Shown one piece after another: positions 18,927-26,778 of a stretch of 64,000 nucleotides of DNA (position 1 is its first letter; each line of letters begins with the position of its first letter). Both the position numbers and the translations under genes were made by a program. Below the pieces are notes generated by a model. That model searched no databases. It was not told the origin of the DNA and saw nothing but the letters and a program-made list of their open reading frames with translations. This DNA is from a virus, in the IMG/VR virus record IMGVR_UViG_3300032053_000017, positions 32,001 to 96,000 of that record. One strand, given 5' to 3'.

Positions 18927-19184
18927 GTGGACAGCGTGCCCGTCGGTTCGATAGTCGAGATAACCTGGTGCGACTCCGCGCAGCACATGCTGGAGTGGGC
19001 GACAGTTAAGGAGGCCGTGGGGTTTCCTCTAGCGACCGTCTACTCGGTCGGTTATCTTCTACTGGTGGACGACGAGAAGATCGTGCTTGCATCGGATAAA
19101 GATGGAGACGATGACGTTAAGAACTTCACTGTCATCCCGCGCGGGTGCGTGCTTATGCTTAGCGCATTGGGGGTGGCAGAGTGA
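18927..19184 (+). CDS. Conserved small phage protein
   Basis: VEITWCDS..W..SVGYL..IVLA..IPRGCV pattern. Confidence 0.55.
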   Translation: MDSVPVGSIVEITWCDSAQHMLEWATVKEAVGFPLATVYSVGYLLLVDDEKIVLASDKDGDDDVKNFTVIPRGCVLMLSALGVAE

Positions 19185-19974
19185 TGGGTGTGCTGGTGAG
19201 GACCCTAGTCACGGAGACAAAGGACGGACTTGTTTCCTACGTTACTCAGGAGACGGCCGACCGTATCAAGGCTGACGGGTTTACAGTTGTCCACCCGCTG
19301 GTCCATTTCAAGATCCATGTCAACCCTTTGACAAGGGGTTTCTTATCCGTAGTGACGCCAGAAGACGTTATGGCGCTGTTCGTGAAGCCATAATAATGCG
19401 GTACCTGCTGCGCATCAAGGTCGATAGTCAGCCTGTTCTGTACGTTGATACCCACGGTAAGGCGCACTGGGTTGACCTTGAGAAACTGCAAGGTTTCTGC
19501 GAACGTTTTCTTACGGCCACCATCATCGAGTCAGCTCGCCGTGGGCCGGCGACCGAACTGACAGACACGTCGGCTATAGATATGGATCTACGTTCGGTGG
19601 GACTACCTACAGATGGTTCCCGGGCCAGCGTGGTGCTGGGCTTCGGGGTGGAGGACCGTCGTGCGCTCTAGGCTTCCCTTTATCAGACCGCTGTCGCAGG
19701 GAATCGCTGAACATGTGGGTTTGACCTGGTTTTTGAGCTTCGGGGGCATAGCGCTTGCTATCATGGGGCAGCTGCGTCTCGCCGGCTTGGCATGGTTCGG
19801 GCTGGGGGCTGGCGCGGTGGGCGTCGCCTTCGCGCGGGCGACTGGTACCGAGGACCTCAGGTTTATGAATGTGCGCCGGCATCTGGACGAGAAGGAGGTC
19901 GACTTCCTTCTTGGACATCTGCCATTTCTAGTCTTCGGGCTGCTTGCTCTGCTGCACAGGGAGGATAGGTAGAC

Positions 19975-20196
19975 ATGCCGATATATGAGTTTCGGTGCCC
20001 ATATTGCGGGCACGAGTTCGACAAACTGGTGCCTTATGGAACCGACGAGGCCCCGTGTTCAAATATCGGGATGATGGATAGTTACGGTAAACCGTGCGGG
20101 GCGTCGGCCAAGCGCGTGGAGGTGCCGTCCTCCCCGCCGGTGACTATTTTTAAGGCTGGCGGGTTCACCCGTTCAAGCAATAACGAGAAGCGGTAG
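19975..20196 (+). CDS. FmdB-family zinc-ribbon protein
   Basis: MPIYEFRCPYCGHEF..C..CG..FKAGGF. Confidence 0.75.
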   Translation: MPIYEFRCPYCGHEFDKLVPYGTDEAPCSNIGMMDSYGKPCGASAKRVEVPSSPPVTIFKAGGFTRSSNNEKR

Positions 20197-21044
20197 TGGA
20201 CTGTTCAACTTGTGGTCGCGTACGATCTAGTGGGCCTGAGGTGCAGATCATTAGAGCATGGGATGGGACTGTGACGGCGGTGTCTCGTAATCATGAGGCT
20301 ACGGAAAACGTGGTGGCCTTGACATACGCACCGAATGGGTTTAGGGAACGTGCCCGACAGCTCTTGGTCTTGTACGCTGAGAAGCACCAGTGCAATGGCA
20401 TGTTTGACGACAGGCCGTCAATACCGAGCCACTATGCTGCTCGTTGGGAGCCTCTTACCCACGCGGTGGGCCATATCGTGCCGCAAGAGTTGGCAGACCA
20501 GCTTGCTGAGTTGACACAAGAGGCTATCGAGTGGTTTCATGATCCTGCCCATGTACTGTTGGGCGACCCGACGGTGCGCGTGATCCCAGACGATGAGGTG
20601 CATACACGCATCATGGGGATGCAGTATGCCATGGATAAGGAAGTCATGCGGATCAATGGCGGTGGGCAGATCATGTCGCTGGTGAATCCCGAGACCATGG
20701 AGGGTTACGACCAGTTCATAGAGTGGTACGAGTTGAGTCTTGCGCGTCGAATGACATCACCTAGCTACAGTCTTGAGGCGCTCGGTTTCTACGCGGAGAC
20801 TGTGGAGCGCTACGACTTGACGAAGTTGCCATACGAGCAGCAGCGCGCTCTGGTGGAGCGGTGGGAGCGTGCTCACATCGACTATCTTGCCGCGCATCTA
20901 GATGTCGGATACGACGTGGACGGAGGCTATCTGCGTCAGCCATATCGGATCTTTGATCGTGAAGAACTGAAGCCGGCATCCTGGTCGGCGTACGATCCTT
21001 CACAGCAGTATACGCATTATTTCTATGACTACGATGGGAGGTAA
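20196..21044 (+). CDS. Hypothetical protein
   Basis: 282-aa coupled ORF. Confidence 0.55.
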   Translation: MDCSTCGRVRSSGPEVQIIRAWDGTVTAVSRNHEATENVVALTYAPNGFRERARQLLVLYAEKHQCNGMFDDRPSIPSHYAARWEPLTHAVGHIVPQELADQLAELTQEAIEWFHDPAHVLLGDPTVRVIPDDEVHTRIMGMQYAMDKEVMRINGGGQIMSLVNPETMEGYDQFIEWYELSLARRMTSPSYSLEALGFYAETVERYDLTKLPYEQQRALVERWERAHIDYLAAHLDVGYDVDGGYLRQPYRIFDREELKPASWSAYDPSQQYTHYFYDYDGR

Positions 21045-21046
21045 AA

Positions 21047-21703
21047 GTGCCACGAAGTGATGAACTCGACAGTTACATAGGGAGGACCGTTCGAGCGATC
21101 AGGTTCGACGGCGCGCGTATCGAGGGCGTGCTGGAGTCGGTATCCCATCAGGATGTGGACGATATACTGGTGATCGGTCCAGATCCAATTCGGCTTGGGA
21201 AGCTTACGCAGCTGTTCGTTATCGATGACAGCAGCCCGCCAGACATCGGGTATCCTCAGATCTGGCCGGAGTCAGGTGGCACGCCTTTCATCGAGGACGT
21301 AGCTGAAGAGACCGACCAAGAGATCTACGACAAGGCCATCCAGCTCTTGGAGAGGTCTGTCATAGTGTCTATCGGACAAGAGAAGCTGAGCGGGACGCTT
21401 GAGGCGGTGAGTCCGTCGACTGCATCTGAGGGCTCTGTGCTGTATCTAGGTCTTACTGAGGGCGGGCCTACTTTGCGCATCAACCTGGTTGGGGTTACAG
21501 ACATCGAGGAGGATATAGGCCAGGGCGTGCCGCTGACGGTCACGGATTTGGAGTCGATGCTTCTCTCGGAGGATACCCCTGCCGAGGATGATCTGGACAT
21601 CGTGCTAGACCCCGAGGTTAAGGGGGCAGCGGAGGAGCCGCAGTATCCGGCCGACGCCACGGTCGATCCAGAGGACGGTGGACTGCTCGCTCCGCCGGCA
21701 TAG
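21047..21703 (+). CDS. Acidic protein with two Sm/LSm-like repeats
   Basis: YIGRTV..DGARIEGVLESV and LLERSV..EKLSGTLEAV. Confidence 0.5.
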   Translation: MPRSDELDSYIGRTVRAIRFDGARIEGVLESVSHQDVDDILVIGPDPIRLGKLTQLFVIDDSSPPDIGYPQIWPESGGTPFIEDVAEETDQEIYDKAIQLLERSVIVSIGQEKLSGTLEAVSPSTASEGSVLYLGLTEGGPTLRINLVGVTDIEEDIGQGVPLTVTDLESMLLSEDTPAEDDLDIVLDPEVKGAAEEPQYPADATVDPEDGGLLAPPA

Positions 21704-21733
21704 GTTTCTAGACCGTAGGTTCTCTGATACGAT
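21703..21733 (+). promoter_or_regulatory. Promoter GGTTTC-N19-TACGAT
   Basis: Recurrent motif, extended -10 TG. Confidence 0.6.
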
Positions 21734-21839
21734 AGCATAGAGAAACGTTTGGGACGGTTTTGACTGGTTTGCGTAGCGGGCACTGGGGGGTTCCCTGGTG
21801 GCTGGAAGGGACCGTCCTTTACGCGATATGGAGGGCGAG

Positions 21840-22244
21840 ATGCCAGCACTAAGTTTGAGCAAGTGTTCACAGCTGCTTGAGGCAGCCAGTTTCGAGCCCC
21901 TGCCTGGACGTACGTCGGGCGAGTCGGTAACTGCCCTCTGTATGGCGGCCAGCATGCATAAGTCGGCGGTCGAGAACGGATTGACTGCTGAGGTTCTGCT
22001 TGAGCTACGGACCAGTCGTTTTCCCATGCTGACCAAGACGGTCGAGGGCGGCTTCAAGCACATGATCTCAGTTGACAGCGGTGCCGTCTATGCTGAGCTT
22101 TGGAGCAAGGGCGACAACTGGTACGCGGTCACGGATGCCGCGATCAACCTAGTCAAGGGGATCCGCAAGGGCATGGATGCGCGAGATGCGGTGCCTCTGT
22201 TTCTGAAGGCCGTGTTCCCTCGAAAGCGTTGCTGCGGTGGATGA
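21840..22244 (+). CDS. Hypothetical, possible head-associated protein
   Basis: RBS GGAGGG; several hydrophobic-x-K-small sites (MHKS, LTKT, LVKG, IRKG, FLKA). Confidence 0.5.
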   Translation: MPALSLSKCSQLLEAASFEPLPGRTSGESVTALCMAASMHKSAVENGLTAEVLLELRTSRFPMLTKTVEGGFKHMISVDSGAVYAELWSKGDNWYAVTDAAINLVKGIRKGMDARDAVPLFLKAVFPRKRCCGG

Positions 22245-22749
22245 GCCGGTAGTACTACTTAGCAGTGGGGTTGGCGTCTACGGTATAACGCAGGGCCTCT
22301 ATCAGTCGAGCGAGCCCATGGTGGACGCAGACTGGGACAAACTGTGGGAGCTGGCAGACGTGATCGTTGGGCTTAACGCGGCGGTAGTCAGCGAGGTGCC
22401 GACCAACAAGATGTTGGTCAAGTGGCCTATCGAGGATGGTCCGCTGCCGAACCTTGAGGTACTGCGCGGGCTGGTGGAGCTGCTGGCCGAGCTGCTAGAG
22501 AACGAGAAGCGTATCGTGGTATTCTGCGGCGCGGGTGCAAATAGGTCGGGACTGATCACAGCATTGGTCGTCCGCCAGCTAACAGGTGAGACTGGGCGCA
22601 GGGCCGCAGATCATGTGCGGACACGTCGACCGGGAGCGCTTATAAGCGGGACATTCAATATGTACCTCAACGCCTTGCCCGACCTGGAGGAAGAACTGGT
22701 AGGGGCAGGGCCTGAGACGCCCCAAGAGGGCGAGATCGAGGGGATCTAA
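22237..22749 (+). CDS. Dual-specificity/tyrosine phosphatase 2
   Basis: WPIEDG loop, VFCGAGANRSG, VRTRRPGAL. Confidence 0.85.
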   Translation: MDEPVVLLSSGVGVYGITQGLYQSSEPMVDADWDKLWELADVIVGLNAAVVSEVPTNKMLVKWPIEDGPLPNLEVLRGLVELLAELLENEKRIVVFCGAGANRSGLITALVVRQLTGETGRRAADHVRTRRPGALISGTFNMYLNALPDLEEELVGAGPETPQEGEIEGI

Positions 22750-22907
22750 GATGATCGAGCAGAAGTCGCTGACTCCCGAGGATCTGAGTAAGCTTGAGGC
22801 CGCCAAGGTGGCTCGCGAGCAGGAGCAGGCGAAGCCACGCGGCTGGCCGCCTATCCAGGGTCCTGCCGAGCAGCAGACCGGCGATGAGCCGGCGAGGGGG
22901 TAGTACG

Positions 22908-23579
22908 ATGCCGTCAGATATGCAGAAGGCGGTCAACAAGGCGAAGGACGAGGTCGACGAGGTCGAAGAGATTGACTTCGATACTCTGTGGGGGCCAAGC
23001 AAGCCCGGTGATGGTGAGATGAGCGACAACATCTTCACTGATGAGACCAAGGACCCCGACAAGAAGTACGCCAAGGTCTACAACGTCGGCGACATCGACG
23101 TGGAAGGCGACGTGCCGGGTGTGATAAAGAAGGGTCTCTCGGTGAACGTGGCCGATGCGATCCATGACCTTCAGGAGGCGGCCGCGACTCTAGCTGAGAT
23201 CGGGGACGGGCTGGACAACGTAGGTAAGGCCGTGTCCTGCAAGGCCTGCGGTGGTAAGGTCTCGGAGGGACAGCGGAACCTCTACCGGAAAACGATGATG
23301 CGGCGCGGCTGGAAGCCGGAGGGACACAAGGCCTTCTGGTCGAAGATCTCTTCGGGCATGGACAAGGGTGGACCGGGTGGGCACCGGGCGTGCGTCGCGC
23401 GTATGGAGGGAAAGACGGATGATCCCCACTCGTACTGCGCATGGGCTGAGAACGAGGCGACTGGGAACTGGCCGTCAGAGGACCAGACCCAGGTGCAGGC
23501 TGTACGAAAGGCCCGCACGCTTGGAAGCCGCCTGGCCAAGCAGGCCCGGGCGCTGAACAGCTACCTCAAGGGGCTCTAG
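22908..23579 (+). CDS. Putative internal head protein
   Basis: MQKA, VNKA, VGKA, VRKA sites; ACVARMEGKTDDPHSYCAW..ATGNWP motif. Confidence 0.5.
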   Translation: MPSDMQKAVNKAKDEVDEVEEIDFDTLWGPSKPGDGEMSDNIFTDETKDPDKKYAKVYNVGDIDVEGDVPGVIKKGLSVNVADAIHDLQEAAATLAEIGDGLDNVGKAVSCKACGGKVSEGQRNLYRKTMMRRGWKPEGHKAFWSKISSGMDKGGPGGHRACVARMEGKTDDPHSYCAWAENEATGNWPSEDQTQVQAVRKARTLGSRLAKQARALNSYLKGL

Positions 23580-23608
23580 TTGCCAACTGCGGTCGGTTGT
23601 GTTATAAT
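23580..23608 (+). promoter_or_regulatory. Sigma70-type promoter
   Basis: TTGCCA-17nt-TATAAT with extended TG. Confidence 0.75.
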
Positions 23609-23614
23609 GGACAC

Positions 23615-23938
23615 AGACAGGGTATAGTACTACAGAGGAGGACGGGGTGTTCGACGAGTCCATAGAGACGGCCCAAGGATGGAAGGGCTTTTACCGAAGT
23701 TCAGGAATAAGCACGCCTACTGCTAATGTCCGACAGGCGTGGAGCTTCGGCTGGCTCGTTGACCCCCGTCGTGGGAAAAGCGGTGGCGCAGCGGTCGCGG
23801 AAACGACAGGCGGGTTGGCTGGGCGCAATCGGTCCAGGCGCCACCACATTTCAGAACTGAATAGCGATGACGGTACATAGCGTGCGGTAGAGCCTAGACG
23901 GTTTTACTGCGCGCCGTGTCCACCGACACGGCGTTTTT
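23615..23938 (+). ncRNA. Candidate multi-domain structured RNA (~320 nt)
   Basis: Own promoter and terminator; at least 7 helices, several with G-U pairs. Confidence 0.55.
23912..23938 (+). terminator. Intrinsic terminator
   Basis: CGCCGTGTC-CACC-GACACGGCG-TTTTT. Confidence 0.8.
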
Positions 23939-24003
23939 GTTGTCTAGGGTTCAGGTCTCGGTGAAAGTACCGATAATACAGACGAGAGTGTATGACACGG
24001 GTG

Positions 24004-24094
24004 CGGGCAGGCATGGTGTAAAGCGAAGCACGCCGAGTCGGGGATCCCAACGACGCGGAGGCTGCTGGGCATACGGGTCCAGGCTGCCGGCTCG
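24004..24094 (+). ncRNA. tRNA-like RNA with expanded anticodon arm, no TTC loop, no CCA
   Basis: Acceptor-like stem, D arm GTGT/GCAC, branched middle arm, CTGGGC/GTCCAG arm. Confidence 0.4.
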
Positions 24095-24106
24095 ATATAA
24101 CAACAC

Positions 24107-24194
24107 GGACGGTTGGCCGAGCGGACTATGGCGCCGCGGTGCTAACGCGGAGGTCCTTCGGGGCCCGGGAGTTCGAATCTCTCACCGTCCGCCA
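24107..24194 (+). tRNA. tRNA-Ser(GCT)
   Basis: Cloverleaf, long V arm, CCA. Confidence 0.9.
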
Positions 24195-24201
24195 ATTTTA
24201 A

Positions 24202-24300
24202 CGGGGAGTGGTGTAACAGGGCACACTGGTCTTTGTAGGGCCAGAGGAGATGGGTAAAACGTCTGGGGCAACCCAGGGACCGGCCCATCCTTCCCCGCCA
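24202..24300 (+). ncRNA. tRNA-Gln(TTG)-like RNA with enlarged anticodon loop and hairpin in place of T loop
   Basis: Acceptor, D arm, CTGGT/GCCAG stem, GATGGG/CCCATC stem with GCAA hairpin insert, ends GCCA. Confidence 0.55.
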
Positions 24301-24323
24301 TATAGGTGAGAGGAACGATCAAG

Positions 24324-24464
24324 ATGACAGGTCTGTGTGGCAGGTGTAATCATCCGGCCATCATGAAGATGACGGACAGCAATGCTACGGTCAAGGTCTG
24401 CGCGTACCACTGGCACGTGTTGTCTGGGCAAGGCTGGAAGCAGGTTTACCCGAAGGGGCGGTAG
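24324..24464 (+). CDS. 46-aa CxxC..CxxH peptide
   Basis: MTGLCGRCNHP..VCAYHW; stop overlaps tRNA-Asp. Confidence 0.4.
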   Translation: MTGLCGRCNHPAIMKMTDSNATVKVCAYHWHVLSGQGWKQVYPKGR

Positions 24465-24529
24465 CTCAGCGGCAGAGCGCCCGGCTGTCGACCGGGAGGT
24501 CGCGGGTTCGATGCCCGTCCGCCCCGCCA
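24455..24529 (+). tRNA. tRNA-Asp(GTC)
   Basis: Cloverleaf, CCA. Confidence 0.92.
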
Positions 24530-24532
24530 TAC

Positions 24533-24622
24533 TGGGGAGTGGCCGAGTCTGGATTATGGCGACCGTCTCGAAAACGGTTGGTCCGAGAGGGCACGGGGGT
24601 TCGAATCCCTCCTCCCCAGCCA
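24533..24622 (+). tRNA. tRNA-Ser(CGA)
   Basis: Cloverleaf, long V arm, CCA. Confidence 0.92.
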
Positions 24623-24632
24623 TATTAACAAT

Positions 24633-24709
24633 GCTGGAGTAGCTCAAGTGGGGAGAGCGGCTGTCTTGTAAACAGCGGGTTGGGGGTTCGAGGCCCTCCT
24701 CCAGCTCCA
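24633..24709 (+). tRNA. tRNA-Thr(TGT)
   Basis: Cloverleaf, CCA. Confidence 0.92.
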
Positions 24710-24718
24710 TAATAGCGG

Positions 24719-24794
24719 TGCGGGGTAGAGCAATGGTTAGCTCGACGGCCTCATAAGCCGTAGATTGAGGGTTCGAATCCCTCCCCCGCTACCA
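24719..24794 (+). tRNA. tRNA-Met(CAT), initiator-like 1:72 mismatch
   Basis: Cloverleaf, GAGC/GCTC D stem, CCA. Confidence 0.88.
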
Positions 24795-24807
24795 AATAAT
24801 AATCAGC

Positions 24808-24884
24808 GCCGAGGTAGCTCAGCATGGTAGAGCGCCTGGTTGAAGGCCAGGGCGTCAGCGGTTCAACTCCGTTCCTCGGCACCA
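24808..24884 (+). tRNA. tRNA-Phe(GAA)
   Basis: Cloverleaf, CCA. Confidence 0.92.
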
Positions 24885-24886
24885 CA

Positions 24887-24963
24887 CGCGGGGTAGAGCG
24901 TTGGTCGCTCGCCAGCTTCATACGCTGGAGGTAGTTGGGTTCGATTCCCTTCCCCCGCTACCA
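24887..24963 (+). tRNA. tRNA-Met(CAT) 2, distorted T stem
   Basis: Cloverleaf, C1:T72 mismatch, CCA. Confidence 0.8.
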
Positions 24964-24964
24964 T

Positions 24965-25033
24965 GGGGTCGGTAGCTCAGTGGTCAGAGCGCGGTCGCAC
25001 CGAGGACGCGGGTTCGAATCCCGCCCCTCCCCA
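24965..25033 (+). ncRNA. tRNA-like RNA with truncated anticodon arm
   Basis: Canonical D arm and GCGGG-TTCGAAT-CCCGC T arm, but anticodon arm is only CGGT-CGC-ACCG. Confidence 0.65.
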
Positions 25034-25046
25034 TTTTAACAAGCAA

Positions 25047-25125
25047 GGGCCCGTAGCTCAGTTGGAATCAGAGCGCCGGTCTTCGAAACCGGGCGGCGGG
25101 GGTTCGAGTCCCTCCGGGCCCGCCA
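25047..25125 (+). tRNA. tRNA-Arg(TCG)
   Basis: Cloverleaf, CCA. Confidence 0.92.
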
Positions 25126-25143
25126 TTAAACATAGGTGAATCT

Positions 25144-25557
25144 GTGCATAGGAAAGGAAACCCGAATCATCCCGCAATGTGCCAGTGTCCTTGGCACGGT
25201 GGATGTCGAAAGCCAGCGACGTTGGCTAAGACGGGCGTTCATTTGCGGCGTGGTAACGGGCATCATCGCATCGATTGCCTATGTCCGTTTTGTATTCCGA
25301 AGTCTGGCGATAAGAGCCCTACGTGGAAAGGCGGACAAGGGAAGTTTCAGTGGGAATGTAATGGATGGAAGGCCGCACGGCGGGTGGTCTGGGCGCGGGA
25401 TAAAGTGTGCCGTATATGCGGCGGGCCGCCTCGGAAGCGGCGGTTGGATGTTCATCATATCATCGCTCGACGCGATGGCGGGACTAACGATCCGAGCAAT
25501 CTGATCGGGGTTCATCAGGGCCGATGTCACAAGTCGGTCGAGACGTACAAAAACTGA
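25144..25557 (+). CDS. HNH endonuclease
   Basis: RDKVCRICG..LDVHHII..GGTNDPSNL..CH; PTWKGG. Confidence 0.85.
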   Translation: MHRKGNPNHPAMCQCPWHGGCRKPATLAKTGVHLRRGNGHHRIDCLCPFCIPKSGDKSPTWKGGQGKFQWECNGWKAARRVVWARDKVCRICGGPPRKRRLDVHHIIARRDGGTNDPSNLIGVHQGRCHKSVETYKN

Positions 25558-25559
25558 AT

Positions 25560-25635
25560 AGGGGCGTAGCTCAATTGGAAGAGTGCCTGTTTTACAAGCA
25601 GGAAGTTGGGGGTTCGATTCCCTCCGCCCTTACCA
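25560..25635 (+). tRNA. tRNA-Val(TAC)
   Basis: Cloverleaf, CCA. Confidence 0.9.
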
Positions 25636-25643
25636 GATATCGC

Positions 25644-25706
25644 AGGGGCTGGCAAGTCCTGGCTCTCACCAGGCACCGGGTGCCTACGTATAAGGCGTCA
25701 GCCCCT
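25644..25706 (+). ncRNA. Small three-way-junction RNA candidate
   Basis: AGGGGCTG/CAGCCCCT closing stem with two inner hairpins. Confidence 0.4.
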
Positions 25707-25782
25707 ATCATGGGACATTTCGGTGGACATTTTGTCTGTCGAGTAGGTTCGAATCAGATAGGGACACAACACGGGACATTAT

Positions 25783-25857
25783 GGGCTGGTAGCTTAATGG
25801 GAGAGCGGGTGCCCTGCAAGCATTCAGATGTCGGTTCGAGTCCGACCCGGTCCACCA
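25783..25857 (+). tRNA. tRNA-Ala(TGC), C33
   Basis: Cloverleaf, G3:U70, CCA. Confidence 0.9.
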
Positions 25858-25870
25858 CCTTAACAAATGT

Positions 25871-25947
25871 GGCTCTCTAGCCCAACTGGTAGAGGCATCT
25901 GCCTTAGAAGCAGATCAGTCAGAGTTCGAATCTCTGGGGAGCCACCA
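25871..25947 (+). tRNA. tRNA-Leu(TAG), short V arm
   Basis: Cloverleaf, CCA. Confidence 0.9.
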
Positions 25948-25950
25948 TAA

Positions 25951-26026
25951 GCGACGGTAACTCAATTGGTAGAGTGTCTGCCCTCCAAGCAGGTCGTTGC
26001 GGGTTCGAGTCCCGCTCGTCGCTCCA
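25951..26026 (+). tRNA. tRNA-Gly(TCC), C33
   Basis: Cloverleaf, CCA. Confidence 0.9.
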
Positions 26027-26028
26027 AC

Positions 26029-26103
26029 GCGGGGGTAGCTCAGCGGCAGAGCGCCTGCTTGCCATGCAGGAGGTCGTGGGTTCGAGCCCCATTCCCCGCT
26101 CCA
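26029..26103 (+). tRNA. tRNA-Gly(GCC)
   Basis: Cloverleaf, CCA. Confidence 0.92.
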
Positions 26104-26104
26104 G

Positions 26105-26179
26105 AGGCGGGTAGCTCAGGGGTAGAGCAACGGCCTTATAAGCCGTACGTCGAAGGTCCGATTCCTTCCCCGCCCACCA
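26105..26179 (+). tRNA. tRNA-Ile(TAT)
   Basis: ACGGC-CT-TAT-AA-GCCGT; CCA. Confidence 0.85.
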
Positions 26180-26180
26180 T

Positions 26181-26256
26181 GGGCCGGTAGCTCAGAGGAT
26201 AGAGCGGCAGTTTCCTAAACTGCGCGGCGCGGGTTCGAGTCCCGCTCGGCCTTCCA
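26181..26256 (+). tRNA. tRNA-Arg(CCT)
   Basis: Cloverleaf, CCA. Confidence 0.92.
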
Positions 26257-26257
26257 T

Positions 26258-26333
26258 AGACGGGTAGCTCAACAGGCAGAGCAGGAGTCTGATACGCCCC
26301 AGGTTGGAGGTTCGAGTCCTCCCCCGTCTACCA
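26258..26333 (+). tRNA. tRNA-Ile(GAT)
   Basis: Cloverleaf with one anticodon-stem mismatch, CCA. Confidence 0.85.
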
Positions 26334-26334
26334 C

Positions 26335-26409
26335 ACCAGGGTGGCGCAACGGTAGCGCGGCTCCCTGTTAAGGAGACGGTTGCAGGTCCGAATCCTGCCC
26401 CTGGTGCCA
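26335..26409 (+). tRNA. tRNA-Asn(GTT)
   Basis: Cloverleaf, CCA. Confidence 0.9.
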
Positions 26410-26410
26410 T

Positions 26411-26484
26411 GGCCCACTCGTTTAACGGCAGGACATCTCCCCCTCAAGGAGAAGACGTCGGTTCGACCCCGGCGTGGGCTACCA
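26411..26484 (+). tRNA. tRNA-Glu(CTC), C33
   Basis: Cloverleaf, CCA. Confidence 0.88.
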
Positions 26485-26540
26485 TTCCTTAATAAATAAC
26501 GGTCATAACTGTAAGAATAGTCGGCCATAGCTTTACAATC

Positions 26541-26616
26541 GGCGGCGTAGCCCAATTGGCAGAGGTACCGGGTCCAAACCCCGGGGATCAGAGTTCGAAT
26601 CTCTGCGTCGCCACCA
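26541..26616 (+). tRNA. tRNA-Leu(CAA), C33, short V arm
   Basis: CCGGG-TC-CAA-AC-CCCGG; Leu-type D arm, A73. Confidence 0.8.
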
Positions 26617-26618
26617 AT

Positions 26619-26694
26619 GGGAGTGTAGCTCAACGGCTAGAGCAGCTGCCTTTTAAGCAGAGGGATGGGGGTTCGAGTCCCTTCGCTCCCACCA
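26619..26694 (+). tRNA. tRNA-Lys(TTT)
   Basis: Cloverleaf, CCA. Confidence 0.92.
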
Positions 26695-26701
26695 TAATGA
26701 T

Positions 26702-26777
26702 ACGGACGTAGCTCAGAGGCCAGAGCGGTTGTCTCCAAAACAACTGGTCGGAGGTTCGACTCCTCTCGTCCGTGCCA
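26702..26777 (+). tRNA. tRNA-Trp(CCA)
   Basis: Cloverleaf, CCA. Confidence 0.92.
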
Positions 26778-26778
26778 A

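Noticed and set aside
23640-23940. tmRNA or RNase P assignment for the structured RNA
   Set aside because: No Ala acceptor stem with 3' CCA or tag ORF, and no RNase P P4 consensus
26541-26616. Reading this tRNA as Trp(CCA)
   Set aside because: Stem register gives loop TC-CAA-AC, the D arm and A73 are Leu-like, and a proper Trp tRNA exists at 26702
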